In this document: piece after piece, positions 46,788 through 55,832 of the stretch
Position numbering within the stretch: the first letter of the stretch is position 1
How the letters are laid out: every line of letters starts with the position of its first letter
Virus record (IMG/VR): IMGVR_UViG_3300037041_001930
DNA from: a virus
Lineage: Duplodnaviria; Caudoviricetes
Strand: one strand, 5' to 3'
Length of the DNA stretch: 64,000 nt
Notes under the pieces: model-generated
What the model was told of the DNA's origin: nothing
Seen by the model: only the letters and a program-made list of their open reading frames with translations
The model's database searches: none
Made by a program: the position numbers and the translations under genes

Positions 46788-47298
46788 AACGTGCCTCCAA
46801 TAGTGTTAGTATAACGATTTCTTCGTCACCTCTGCGCTGCGAGTAATCGCACTTAAAACATGAGGGCTTGTCATCGAGGATGACTGCATTCCTTGTTAGT
46901 GCATCGATTGTTGGCTTCGCGCCACCTACGAGGTTTCCATAGTCCATTTCTCTGGATTTACCGGTGTAGACGCGCTCAATGGACCAATGTGACCACGGCA
47001 GCCTGAGGCCACGCAAGGGGGCAATGAAGGGGACAATCCCAGAATACCACTTGTTGCGGTATGTTGAGTAGACCCGCCAGTGTGCGTACTGTGACTTGTT
47101 CTGACTCTCGACACGGATGGGAACTCGTATAACAAATGGAAGCACTGGCTCCACTATCTGCTGTGGGATCCGATCTCGTGCTGGCGGCGGGGATGCCGCG
47201 GGTTTACGCTTTCGTGCGCACGCCTTGACGTGTGCCCGGATCGTGGCGAGATCCCCGCTGATCGTCTCCCCGCACCCCGGGCATCTCGTGCTTGTCAT
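46744..47298 (-). CDS. rusA: RusA-like Holliday junction resolvase with an N-terminal Zn-finger-like motif
   Basis: MDYGNLVGGAKPTIDALTRNAVILDDK matches the RusA DxxN..K...DaL....DD pattern; CPGC...H...C. Confidence 0.75.
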   Translation of the reverse strand: MTSTRCPGCGETISGDLATIRAHVKACARKRKPAASPPPARDRIPQQIVEPVLPFVIRVPIRVESQNKSQYAHWRVYSTYRNKWYSGIVPFIAPLRGLRLPWSHWSIERVYTGKSREMDYGNLVGGAKPTIDALTRNAVILDDKPSCFKCDYSQRRGDEEIVILTLLEARYAPSEQFPGVPRPN

Positions 47299-47731
47299 AA
47301 AAGGACCTCACGGAGTCATGGAACCTGGCGAGGTTAAAAACCGTGAGCACGAAGGGTGCACCGCTGGGTTCCCTGACTTCCTTCATGGAAGATGTATTGA
47401 AACACTTGATACCACTGGGGGTCGTGATCACCATGATGGCGCCATCAAAGATGGATACACTATCAGTGGCGATGACTTCAGCGGGATGCTTGGAGACCTC
47501 GGAGACAAACGCCATCCTGGCGGACTCCGGGATCCCCGATCTCGACAAAAAGGCGGAGACTACCGAAATAGTCACCGCCTCGACTTGACCCAGTGTGGGG
47601 TTCAACATCCCGATCAGGGATAGAGTTGAACGTATGTAACCGATGCCCTGGTCACCGATCCCGAAGGATGCTGCCACGGCTTCGACGACATCAGACTCAG
47701 ATTGAACGTGTGAGCTTGATGTCTCTTTCAT
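47204..47731 (-). CDS. Hypothetical protein (possible HTH)
   Basis: Co-oriented; start uncertain. Confidence 0.5.
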   Translation of the reverse strand: MKETSSSHVQSESDVVEAVAASFGIGDQGIGYIRSTLSLIGMLNPTLGQVEAVTISVVSAFLSRSGIPESARMAFVSEVSKHPAEVIATDSVSIFDGAIMVITTPSGIKCFNTSSMKEVREPSGAPFVLTVFNLARFHDSVRSFYDKHEMPGVRGDDQRGSRHDPGTRQGVRTKA

Positions 47732-48017
47732 ATGCGACGACGACATCTGCCCCATCCTTCTGTACCTTAACAGGGTAGGTATGCCCGTTGTCCATCCCAT
47801 AATTGGTAATGCCGAGTTCCGCTTTCTTCTCTTCGACTTCATTGCGGAATCCAGGGGACGACAGGTAGGAGATCACACCTGAGATCTCCTTGGGGTCATC
47901 AATGGCTACACGCGCAATGATACGCGTTTTATCCAGACCCTTGGTAGACGTGAACTCTGAACCGTCACTGGTGTGAAAGGTTACTGGGTACTTTTTGATT
48001 CCGAACTGCTGACTCAC
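47697..48017 (-). CDS. Hypothetical protein
   Basis: AAGGAG SD before a GTG start. Confidence 0.6.
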   Translation of the reverse strand: MSQQFGIKKYPVTFHTSDGSEFTSTKGLDKTRIIARVAIDDPKEISGVISYLSSPGFRNEVEEKKAELGITNYGMDNGHTYPVKVQKDGADVVVAYERDIKLTRSI

Positions 48018-48083
48018 GGTAGGCTCCTTGCTGGGGTTGACCTATAGTGAATCCCTGCGGTGCGGAGTCAAGCCACCGCGGGT

Positions 48084-48728
48084 TCAGGCGTCGTGCATGA
48101 ACCCGGCGTTGTCGAGACACTCGGCGACAAACCGAGCCGCATAGCAGTCATCCAGTGCGGTGTGGCGTTCCCAGGTCTCCCCGGTGACACCTTGGTAGTT
48201 GAGCTGCTCACATGCCGCACCTAACTTGGCCATGCCCTTGCCGACTTGAGTGACCCCCTGGACCTTCTTGAGCCACCGAGTAAAGGCGACACAGGGATCT
48301 CGCCATTCGGGGAGACAGGCATCATGGATCTCGGGGATGAGATCCTTACACCACGATTTATCGAACCCCTTGTTATACGCGATGCCATGGAAGCCCTGGC
48401 GACCCCCGAGCCAGCCCTTGATATTCGTGCGAACCTCGGAGAGCTCAACAAGTGGGGATACAATGTTCTCGAGCTCGGCGGGGTTCGGGGTGCGGCCTCC
48501 GAAGTCACCCCAGAGTTCGGGTCGGTACCCATTGATCGCAGCGGCATCAGGTGAGATCTTCTTACCAGGCTGCGGGATGATGTAACTCTGGAAGGAATCC
48601 AGAATCTTGTACTCGTGATCCACGATGAGAATCGCGATCTCGATGAGGGCGTCGTCGAAGCGACTGAAGCCCCCGGTTTCGATATCCACGATTGCAGATC
48701 TGGAGCCCGGATTTAATAGGCGTGTCAT
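48084..48728 (-). CDS. DEDDh (DnaQ-like) 3'-5' exonuclease
   Basis: VDIETGG, IAYNKGFD, HTALDDC. Confidence 0.9.
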   Translation of the reverse strand: MTRLLNPGSRSAIVDIETGGFSRFDDALIEIAILIVDHEYKILDSFQSYIIPQPGKKISPDAAAINGYRPELWGDFGGRTPNPAELENIVSPLVELSEVRTNIKGWLGGRQGFHGIAYNKGFDKSWCKDLIPEIHDACLPEWRDPCVAFTRWLKKVQGVTQVGKGMAKLGAACEQLNYQGVTGETWERHTALDDCYAARFVAECLDNAGFMHDA

Positions 48729-49375
48729 TTGACGTCTTCTTCTCCCACGATTACGTGGGTTTCGGGTGCATTGAGTACCCAGCCCCCGCAGTCCTCTGCG
48801 GAGGGGCCACGGCGGTGTATGGTCCCCACACTTTTGCCATCACTGAGTGTGATCTCACGTGATACCATCGGAGACCGAATCACTGCGATGATATTCTCGG
48901 CATTCGCAGTGGCACGTAAGGCGGAATCCCGGAGATGATCATCTAGGAGCTCTGCGGACTCCAGGTTGAACTCGATCTCAGACAGAATCCTGACGTCGTG
49001 ATCACAGGGCTGTAGGACCACGAAGACTTGACCCGAGGATACCCGGAGGACTTCCGTGATCTGTGTGGTCGCATACTTCGCTGACCAGACGACGTCGAGA
49101 TCCTTGGGGCGCCAACTCACGAGACCGTTGAGTCGGGAGTAAATCGATTTTGCACGAGACCACCATACATTCAAATCTGAATCCATGATCATGGCAAACT
49201 CGAGCTCCAGCCGTGCTGATTTCGAGAAGCTCAGAAATATCGAGGGTAGGAAGAATGGTGAATCCGTAGCACAATCGGCGAGGGCACGGGCTACGCCCAG
49301 CACACTGCCTTCAATTTCCAGGGGGTCATTCCCCTTCCGCTGGAGCTTGTTGTCCTGTAGGAATAATTTGCCCAT
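48725..49375 (-). CDS. Hypothetical protein
   Basis: ATGA-coupled. Confidence 0.65.
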   Translation of the reverse strand: MGKLFLQDNKLQRKGNDPLEIEGSVLGVARALADCATDSPFFLPSIFLSFSKSARLELEFAMIMDSDLNVWWSRAKSIYSRLNGLVSWRPKDLDVVWSAKYATTQITEVLRVSSGQVFVVLQPCDHDVRILSEIEFNLESAELLDDHLRDSALRATANAENIIAVIRSPMVSREITLSDGKSVGTIHRRGPSAEDCGGWVLNAPETHVIVGEEDVK

Positions 49376-49730
49376 ATAAAGAAAGTCCTCTGGTGTCCTC
49401 GAGACTCGAGGACACCGGTAAAGTTTGAGAGTCCGCGGTGAGGGATCCCTGGGATCCGATGATTAAGATGTCTTCGTGTTCGATGGGTACCAGGTGCCCC
49501 CTGACCACACGAACCACGTTCTCACCTCGGAGGTGAGAGGCCAGCGCCCGGTGACCATCGGGGTCATCGGTGAAGTCGAAACAGCGCGCACCCCTGGGGG
49601 ATGTCGTGAACGCGTATATCCGTGGTGGGATGTCCACCGCAGGTAACTCGACACGAAACCCCCGGGAGCCGAACTCCTGGGTGCGCGTGGGGCGCCGAAG
49701 CCTGAGATGATCGAATCCAAACCTGGCCAT
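49326..49730 (-). CDS. Hypothetical protein
   Basis: AAGGA SD before MARFG. Confidence 0.55.
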   Translation of the reverse strand: MARFGFDHLRLRRPTRTQEFGSRGFRVELPAVDIPPRIYAFTTSPRGARCFDFTDDPDGHRALASHLRGENVVRVVRGHLVPIEHEDILIIGSQGSLTADSQTLPVSSSLEDTRGLSLYGQIIPTGQQAPAEGE

Positions 49731-49746
49731 TACGACATCCTTGCGG

Positions 49747-50508
49747 TTACACCGCGTACTGTTTGGCTTCTTCATCAACCACGGTGTTCACGCTGAACAC
49801 CGGGGCGTCGAGCCCCCACCCAGGGAGAGTCATGACTCGAGGCCCCCGTGATGTCGTCAGGTTCAGAGGAATCGCGAAATGTACATCAACGGCGACGCGA
49901 TCATGGATGAAGGGGTCCGCGATCTTGATGGTCGCCCAGTCAACACGAAACACGGTTTCCCCGGGGACATAGATGTCATCGGAGGCCCCGGGGTCAGTCT
50001 TGAACCGATACGATGCAATGAAGTCTCGGAACTTAGCAGAGTACGCATGCGGGATCCCCAGGATCTGATGTGCGAACTCCGACTTCTCGAACTGGGCGAC
50101 TCCATGTACCTTCGCAATCGGTTTCGAGCTGACATGTGACTTAATCGGTACATCGAGTTTCCCTGCGGACAGGAAGACGTCGAAGAGACGCCGAGGATTC
50201 CGGTTGTAGAGATTCCGGATGAACCCGTAGGGGAGTCCAAGAAAGAACCAGGAGAAATCCCGATCGAGACCTGATGGGGTCGTCAGCTCGGGATCCCCGC
50301 CTTGGATCTCCAGTGTGGTATGATGCACGGGAACCCCCTCGGGATCCTCGTGATGCTTGAGTAACTTGGTCAAGGATTCCGCGGATTCCTTGGGGTCGAC
50401 ATGGAACCCAATTGAGTTGGGGTCCACAACCGTCGCCGGGATCCCCGCTGCTTTCATCTTGTTCACGTAGCCGTCGAGACGACTACCACCTGTGTTGACG
50501 CCGGACAT
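49747..50508 (-). CDS. Hypothetical protein
   Basis: GGGAG SD before MSGVNT. Confidence 0.7.
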   Translation of the reverse strand: MSGVNTGGSRLDGYVNKMKAAGIPATVVDPNSIGFHVDPKESAESLTKLLKHHEDPEGVPVHHTTLEIQGGDPELTTPSGLDRDFSWFFLGLPYGFIRNLYNRNPRRLFDVFLSAGKLDVPIKSHVSSKPIAKVHGVAQFEKSEFAHQILGIPHAYSAKFRDFIASYRFKTDPGASDDIYVPGETVFRVDWATIKIADPFIHDRVAVDVHFAIPLNLTTSRGPRVMTLPGWGLDAPVFSVNTVVDEEAKQYAV

Positions 50509-51242
50509 TCGTGTCTCCCTTTTGTGCATGAGTTGCAATCCCAATCGAAGTCGTATTCGCAGATGGGATCAACTGGGGTTGGTGTAACCGTAAACCTGAG
50601 ACGCCTACGCAGGATCTCTTTGTTTCTCTTCTGCATCCACGGTGGCACCCCCCACTCCACGAAATTGAGCATGGCGCCGTCGGCATCGGGGACAAGGTAT
50701 CCCCATAGCCAGAGCCAGGTGAGTACCCAGGGTTCGTGGGGGTAGGCGAGACGCCGTGAGCACCCCATCTGGTAGGCCAGGAAGGCCAGCCAGGACTCGG
50801 GTACCTTCTTGGTCAAGACGTGGCCGGCGGGGTGGCCGCCCATAGCGAGGAGATCAAGTTTGATCCCCCGCTCATTGTTCCGCCACACACAAGACGTCAG
50901 CCCATGGATCTCCAGGGGCACCCACTCAGATCTCACGGGTTGCGTGTACAAGAGCAGGGGACCCTTGTCGAGTTCATCACGCCTCGCCGCGATCTGCATG
51001 GCCAGGACCTCGGCGAACCCTGGGGTCAACACGGTACCCTCGTATTGCAGGAACGTGAATACGAGAGGTTCAAACAGCATGTCGCCATCGGTTACCGAGT
51101 TGAGCTCATGTGCGAACCTCTTGGCGAGGTCGGCAGTTATGGTTTCCCCAACGTAGAGATTGAGGACGCAGAGAATCCAGTCCCGGGTCGAAAACACGGG
51201 GTCGAGTTTCCTCGACGGTGGTTTCCCGACGTCTTCACTCAT
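50463..51242 (-). CDS. Hypothetical protein with C-terminal Cys motif
   Basis: 259 aa; C...CNSC...CP. Confidence 0.7.
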   Translation of the reverse strand: MSEDVGKPPSRKLDPVFSTRDWILCVLNLYVGETITADLAKRFAHELNSVTDGDMLFEPLVFTFLQYEGTVLTPGFAEVLAMQIAARRDELDKGPLLLYTQPVRSEWVPLEIHGLTSCVWRNNERGIKLDLLAMGGHPAGHVLTKKVPESWLAFLAYQMGCSRRLAYPHEPWVLTWLWLWGYLVPDADGAMLNFVEWGVPPWMQKRNKEILRRRLRFTVTPTPVDPICEYDFDWDCNSCTKGRHECPASTQVVVVSTAT

Positions 51243-52249
51243 TTGAACTTTCCGCGCTTCTTCTTGGCGGCCTTGGCAGCCGCAGTGGGCTCCGCGAACT
51301 CCTTGGCACCATCACTGAGCATGCAGGACTTCAGCAAGGCCCGGATGGGTTCAAGATACTTATCGGTGTCCTCACAGTTCGCCTTGAGCTCCTCACACGC
51401 CGCCGCCCAGTTCTTGGCTGCCACTGGGGAATCGAAGCCCACCTTGGGGACTTCCTTGAGAGCAACGACGGCATCGGCGACCGCGGCGACCACGGAGACC
51501 ATCGCCTTGGAGAGGCGCTTCACCCCGGGGAGCGGGGACTTCGAGTAATCGGGGGCCTTGGGGGCCGCACCGAGACCTGGCTTGCCATCCCGGGTGGGTG
51601 CCTGGGATGCCTTGGATTCCGGGATCTCGACGAAGTTGCCTTCACCATCAGTGTACCCGTTGGCCTTCGCGGCTTCCTCTTTGGACTGCGGGGCCAGGGC
51701 GGCGTCAGCCTTGTTCTTGGCGTCCTTACCCGTGAGTTCCTTGACCTTGGTTCCGAGATCCCGGGTGGTCATGACATCCTTGGTCGCGGGATCCACGAGA
51801 TCCAAGAACACTTTCTCACGAATATCCGGACTCAGGGGGAGCAAGAGGCGGGCGTGTTCGACGCTGTAGCCTCGAGCCGAGAGTTCCTTGATCTGGGCCT
51901 CACTGAGTTCCCTGAAGACGTGGCGACAATGGTACAGGGAACTCCGGGCACTCAGCGAGCACCCCTTGGCCTTGAGTTGCTCGCTGAGCTCCTCGATGCC
52001 GTGGGATCCATAGCGGCCGCCGTTCTTCTTTTCAGCCTCGATGAGAAAGTCATCGACGAGGCGCCCCATGGACCACATGGCATGGATGGCGCCGGCTTGC
52101 CCCAACCGGAATGTCTGGACGAGGTCGGTGACCAGTTTGGTGAACGCGGAGTTCGCTGAACTCGCGGAGACCACTGTACCCGGAGTAGCCTTGATGGCTT
52201 CCTTGGCACGGTCGATCATGGATTGCTTGGGTGGAACTTTACTGCTCAT
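51239..52249 (-). CDS. DUF1016 N-terminal-like (YhcG-N) DNA-binding protein with Lys/Ala-rich C-terminus
   Basis: MWSMGRL...RYG...IEELSEQL...S...L...R.F...SVEHARLL...R...TRDL pattern. Confidence 0.55.
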   Translation of the reverse strand: MSSKVPPKQSMIDRAKEAIKATPGTVVSASSANSAFTKLVTDLVQTFRLGQAGAIHAMWSMGRLVDDFLIEAEKKNGGRYGSHGIEELSEQLKAKGCSLSARSSLYHCRHVFRELSEAQIKELSARGYSVEHARLLLPLSPDIREKVFLDLVDPATKDVMTTRDLGTKVKELTGKDAKNKADAALAPQSKEEAAKANGYTDGEGNFVEIPESKASQAPTRDGKPGLGAAPKAPDYSKSPLPGVKRLSKAMVSVVAAVADAVVALKEVPKVGFDSPVAAKNWAAACEELKANCEDTDKYLEPIRALLKSCMLSDGAKEFAEPTAAAKAAKKKRGKFK

Positions 52250-52721
52250 TGGGATCCCTCACTGTGGACAAGAAGTCCTTTAGAGTTGCGATCGATACGA
52301 TCTGGTTGAATACGGAGACATGAATATGCGTGACCGCCGAGAGGTCTTTCGATGTCGCCACGAACAAGGTGCTGGGCATGCCATGCACCTTGAAGATCAG
52401 TGCGAAATCATCCTCAGACGGAAACAAGGCACGCTGCTCCCGATACGCGGCGAGCAGCGCGCTCTTCGTGGGGGCGTCAAACGCCATGGCTAAGTCGAAG
52501 TTGAAGACTCGTGTGGCCGTCACAGAAAAGGGCAGGAGGCCCTGAGAGTTAAACCAGTCGAATCCCCAGTCGGCGTCGCCGTAATCGCGTCTGGCCTGAG
52601 CCACGGCTTCCTTGGTCCACCCCAGCCCCCTGAGGAGCTTGTCCAGGGTGGACCTCTGGAAGTCCGCGATCTTTTCTTCGTCGGATTTGACTCCGAAGGT
52701 GATCGGGAACTCGTCGCTCAT
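52239..52721 (-). CDS. Hypothetical protein
   Basis: ATGA-coupled to the recA stop. Confidence 0.65.
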   Translation of the reverse strand: MSDEFPITFGVKSDEEKIADFQRSTLDKLLRGLGWTKEAVAQARRDYGDADWGFDWFNSQGLLPFSVTATRVFNFDLAMAFDAPTKSALLAAYREQRALFPSEDDFALIFKVHGMPSTLFVATSKDLSAVTHIHVSVFNQIVSIATLKDFLSTVRDPNEQ

Positions 52722-54208
52722 TTCTTGCCCTTGGGTGCGGGTTTATCAGGAAGACTCCAGTCGATGTCGGCTTCCTGAACCGTGGGGTACCTGTTGATGC
52801 ACAAGTAGTGCTGGACTGCCCTGCGATGCTTGGGTGAAGCCTCGATGCGTTTTCCGAACTCGTGCATACTCATGACCCCACGTTTGTCCTTGTCGGCGGC
52901 GTCGAGTTCCTCTGGGGTACAGAGTTCCTCACACTTCACGAAACCGGCGCTGACCTGGGTGAAGTACACGGCTTCGTTGAGAACTCCGACCTCGTACTTA
53001 GACCCCTTCTCGGTGTCCCTGCCATATTTACACGTCCACAGCATTTCGCCGAGGGCACCCTCCCAGTCATAGACCATGACCTGTTTCGTGCTGCCATCTG
53101 GAAGTCTTGGGAACTGCCAGAGAACATCCACTTTGACCTTGAGCTTGTCGGGGCCCAGGGATGAACAGTTGGACTTGAACACCACAGTGGTGCGGGTGAC
53201 GGGTGGGCCCTGGAATGGGGCTGCGGGGTGGAAGGCGAGTTCATCGTGGGCCTGCTTGTCGAGACGGAGACCTAGTGACGCCGCGAACTTAGCGAAGTCA
53301 CCTCCGGCCTCCTTGTGTTTGTCAGCGAACTTGGCTTCAAATGATCCATCTGCGATAACATTGCTGAGGTGCTGGACGTACCCCGCGGACATACAGGTTC
53401 CACGCATGGAGACACTGCGCAGGAAGCTGGAGATCATGTTGGCGCGGGTGGCACCCCCATAACCTCGTTCCTGAGCATGGCCTTCCTTCTCGATCGCGGC
53501 TGCACCGGCTTCGGAATCCTTACCAGTCAAGGAGTCCACCGCACAATAGATGGGGACTCGTTTCCCCTTCTCCTTGAGCTCGGGATGCTTGACCACCATG
53601 TCGCGTGCCCACTCCAGGGTCTCGACCAAAGCGGTCTGCCAACCCTCGATTGAGGTCACCGGGGTGTAGATCAGACGACTGCGACCCGTCTGAATCATGG
53701 GGTCTGGATTAACGTGGAGCATGATCTCACGATCGGGGTGATCCATGTCCACTGGCATCCCGGTTTCGGGGTCTCTCGGAATCGAGTTGTTGTACGAACA
53801 GAAGTTGCCTTGACTGTCGGTATAAGAATCATCGGGGCTCAGGAAACGCCACCACGTCATGGCCTCGAACATCGTATAGGACGCCTTTTCTTCGGCGTCG
53901 ATGTAACGCGCGCAGCCATTGGCCATGGCGTACCACATACAGATCATGATCTGAAACGTGGACTTCATGGACTTCGGGAGTCCGCTGACCGCATACCAGC
54001 GCTGCAAGGGCAGCACGTTGGTGAGCCCGGCGAGGTACTGCATGGCCAGAGACGGCAGCTCGATGCCATAGGTGTGCTGGGCGTGATCTCCGAGAAGATA
54101 ACCCTTGCTCGAGGATGCCCGATCCTTGGCGGAGCCGAGAAGACTCTGAACCAAGGAATGCACCACGGTTTCTTGAGTGGAAACGTCTGCTTCTTTTTTC
54201 TTCGCCAT
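52718..54208 (-). CDS. recA: RecA/UvsX-like recombinase
   Basis: SGLPKSMKST Walker A (UvsX-like), YIDAE, AVDSL Walker B, GG..KF.AS..LRL. Confidence 0.8.
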   Translation of the reverse strand: MAKKKEADVSTQETVVHSLVQSLLGSAKDRASSSKGYLLGDHAQHTYGIELPSLAMQYLAGLTNVLPLQRWYAVSGLPKSMKSTFQIMICMWYAMANGCARYIDAEEKASYTMFEAMTWWRFLSPDDSYTDSQGNFCSYNNSIPRDPETGMPVDMDHPDREIMLHVNPDPMIQTGRSRLIYTPVTSIEGWQTALVETLEWARDMVVKHPELKEKGKRVPIYCAVDSLTGKDSEAGAAAIEKEGHAQERGYGGATRANMISSFLRSVSMRGTCMSAGYVQHLSNVIADGSFEAKFADKHKEAGGDFAKFAASLGLRLDKQAHDELAFHPAAPFQGPPVTRTTVVFKSNCSSLGPDKLKVKVDVLWQFPRLPDGSTKQVMVYDWEGALGEMLWTCKYGRDTEKGSKYEVGVLNEAVYFTQVSAGFVKCEELCTPEELDAADKDKRGVMSMHEFGKRIEASPKHRRAVQHYLCINRYPTVQEADIDWSLPDKPAPKGKK

Positions 54209-54213
54209 TGATG

Positions 54214-54258
54214 GTCTCCAGTCTGGAGACAGGGAGAGGGTGGCCCCCTCCCTGTCTC
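54214..54258 (-). promoter_or_regulatory. Mutually exclusive hairpins in the ssb-recA junction
   Basis: GAGACAGGGAG/CTCCCTGTCTC stem (54226-36/54248-58) competes with GTCTCCA/TGGAGAC (54214-20/54224-30), which covers the recA SD. Confidence 0.55.
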
Positions 54259-54279
54259 GCGTTCAGGGGTGAGTGGGGT

Positions 54280-55749
54280 TCATGCCTTCGGTGGCTGGAG
54301 CGCTGCGCTGAACTGGGAAGCCAGAGCGTTGGCACTCGGAGGAATCACACTTGCTGCTGGAGCCGTAGGGGCTGGTGCGGGGGGTGCTGCGGGAGCCGGG
54401 GCTGCAGGTGCCGCTGGGGCCGGCCAGGGGTTCGCAGGAGCCGCTGGGGCTGCGGGGGCCACGGGTGCCGCCGGGGCTGGCCAGGGGTTCGCCGGAGCCG
54501 CTGGGGCTGCCGGAGCCGCCGGGGCTGGCCAGGGGTTCGCCGGAGCCGCTGGGGCTGCCGGAGCCACGGGATTACCCCATGGAGCCGCTGGGGCCACTGG
54601 AGCCGCGGGCGGGGTCTGCCAGGTATTCGCTGGGGCCGCTGGGGGTGCCATGGGAGCCGCGGGGGCCGCATGATTACCCCAGGGGGCCGCCGGAGCCGGG
54701 GCCTGCGGAGGGTAGCCAGATGGGGCTTGGGGGTAGCCAGCTGGAGCCGGGGCTTGTGGGTAACCAGATGGGGCCTGGGGAGGATACCCCGTGGCCATCT
54801 GGGGCAGCGGGATCCCCAGACGTGCGATGTCATCACCGAAGGCTTCGGCGACGAGCACGGGTCCAAACGCGGACACCATCTTCTTGATGTGGTCATCGCG
54901 GGTGAACCGCAGGAAGCAGTCTTCCCAGGGATGCCATGCCGACCGGCAGAAATCATCGGGGATCGGCGATGGCGCATAGTTGATCAGAGTGGGGGTGACT
55001 CCTTTGGGGAAGTAGAGCTGTGGCATCCCCGGGAACTGCATGACATTCCCGTTGTAGTCACAGAGACCACACTGCATCGAGGCCTGCTCCTGCCCAGGCA
55101 GGGTCTTCGGAGGCAGGCCCCAGAACTTGACGTAGCAACCACCCGATGGGCTGAAGATATCGATACCAGCCAGATAGGCAGCTTTGGCAATGGCATCAAA
55201 CGATGTGAAAGCTGACTGCTTGAGGACGATCGCAGTGTTGGTCTGCATCTGGGCAAGGGCGGCATTGTTGGCCATGATCACGACGCCTTGTGCGAAGTGC
55301 ATGCTGCCTGGGTTATCCAGTGCACCCGGGCGATCCCCTTGCCGTTTCGCCAACGCGGCCTGGAGAATGGGCACGATCATGGGATTGATCTGGCCCTTCT
55401 TGAGGCGCCCCTTGAGCTGGATGAAGAGACCGGACCAAGGCAGGTTGGGTTCATCGGTGACGAGATCAACGCGACCATCCATGCCCAGGGGGCGGACGAG
55501 GCCAGTGAAGAGATTGGCGGTACCCGCGGCGACGGCAACACGTTCAAACCAGAAGTTCGAGTAATCGATGCCTTGGGCATCGACGACACGTGCCATGGGA
55601 TACGGGGTGCCATCGGGGGCCATCTCGGGCAGGAACCGAACGATGGAGACCGCGTTGGTCTTCGGCGTGAAGGCTTGAAGCGTGCCGGGCTTGAAGCAGT
55701 GTTGGTAGAAGTCGCCTTTTTCAGACGAATTGTAGGACGGAGCGCGCAT
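54280..55749 (-). CDS. Putative gp32-like single-stranded DNA-binding protein with a Pro/Ala/Trp low-complexity tail
   Basis: SIVRFLPE near the N-terminus (gp32-type IRFLP), position between polA and recA, ~150-aa PAAP..W tail. Confidence 0.55.
   Translation of the reverse strand: MRAPSYNSSEKGDFYQHCFKPGTLQAFTPKTNAVSIVRFLPEMAPDGTPYPMARVVDAQGIDYSNFWFERVAVAAGTANLFTGLVRPLGMDGRVDLVTDEPNLPWSGLFIQLKGRLKKGQINPMIVPILQAALAKRQGDRPGALDNPGSMHFAQGVVIMANNAALAQMQTNTAIVLKQSAFTSFDAIAKAAYLAGIDIFSPSGGCYVKFWGLPPKTLPGQEQASMQCGLCDYNGNVMQFPGMPQLYFPKGVTPTLINYAPSPIPDDFCRSAWHPWEDCFLRFTRDDHIKKMVSAFGPVLVAEAFGDDIARLGIPLPQMATGYPPQAPSGYPQAPAPAGYPQAPSGYPPQAPAPAAPWGNHAAPAAPMAPPAAPANTWQTPPAAPVAPAAPWGNPVAPAAPAAPANPWPAPAAPAAPAAPANPWPAPAAPVAPAAPAAPANPWPAPAAPAAPAPAAPPAPAPTAPAASVIPPSANALASQFSAALQPPKA
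54416..54565. repeat. 48-bp tandem repeat encoding AAPAAPAAPANPWPAP
   Basis: Copies start at 54473 and 54521 and are identical; a degenerate third copy starts near 54416. Confidence 0.85.
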
Positions 55750-55784
55750 GTTTTTCCTTTGTTGTCGGGGTTGATTTGACGCTT

Positions 55785-55812
55785 CCCCTGCCGAATTGCG
55801 CTACGGCAGGGG
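55785..55812 (-). promoter_or_regulatory. Leader hairpin upstream of the SSB gene
   Basis: CCCCTGCCG-10 nt-CGGCAGGGG, then an A/C-rich unstructured run to the SD. Confidence 0.5.
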
Positions 55813-55832
55813 ACCTCCAGAACGTAACTGGG

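Noticed and set aside
48052-48082. Hairpin with TTGACT in the loop as another copy of the regulon motif
   Set aside because: It lacks the AGTAAA half-site and has no canonical -10 spacing; probably a terminator or leader hairpin
53700-53850. Intein in the RecA-like protein or in PolA/DnaB
   Set aside because: The insertion is too short and lacks C/S-start, HN-end and LAGLIDADG motifs; the other genes are colinear
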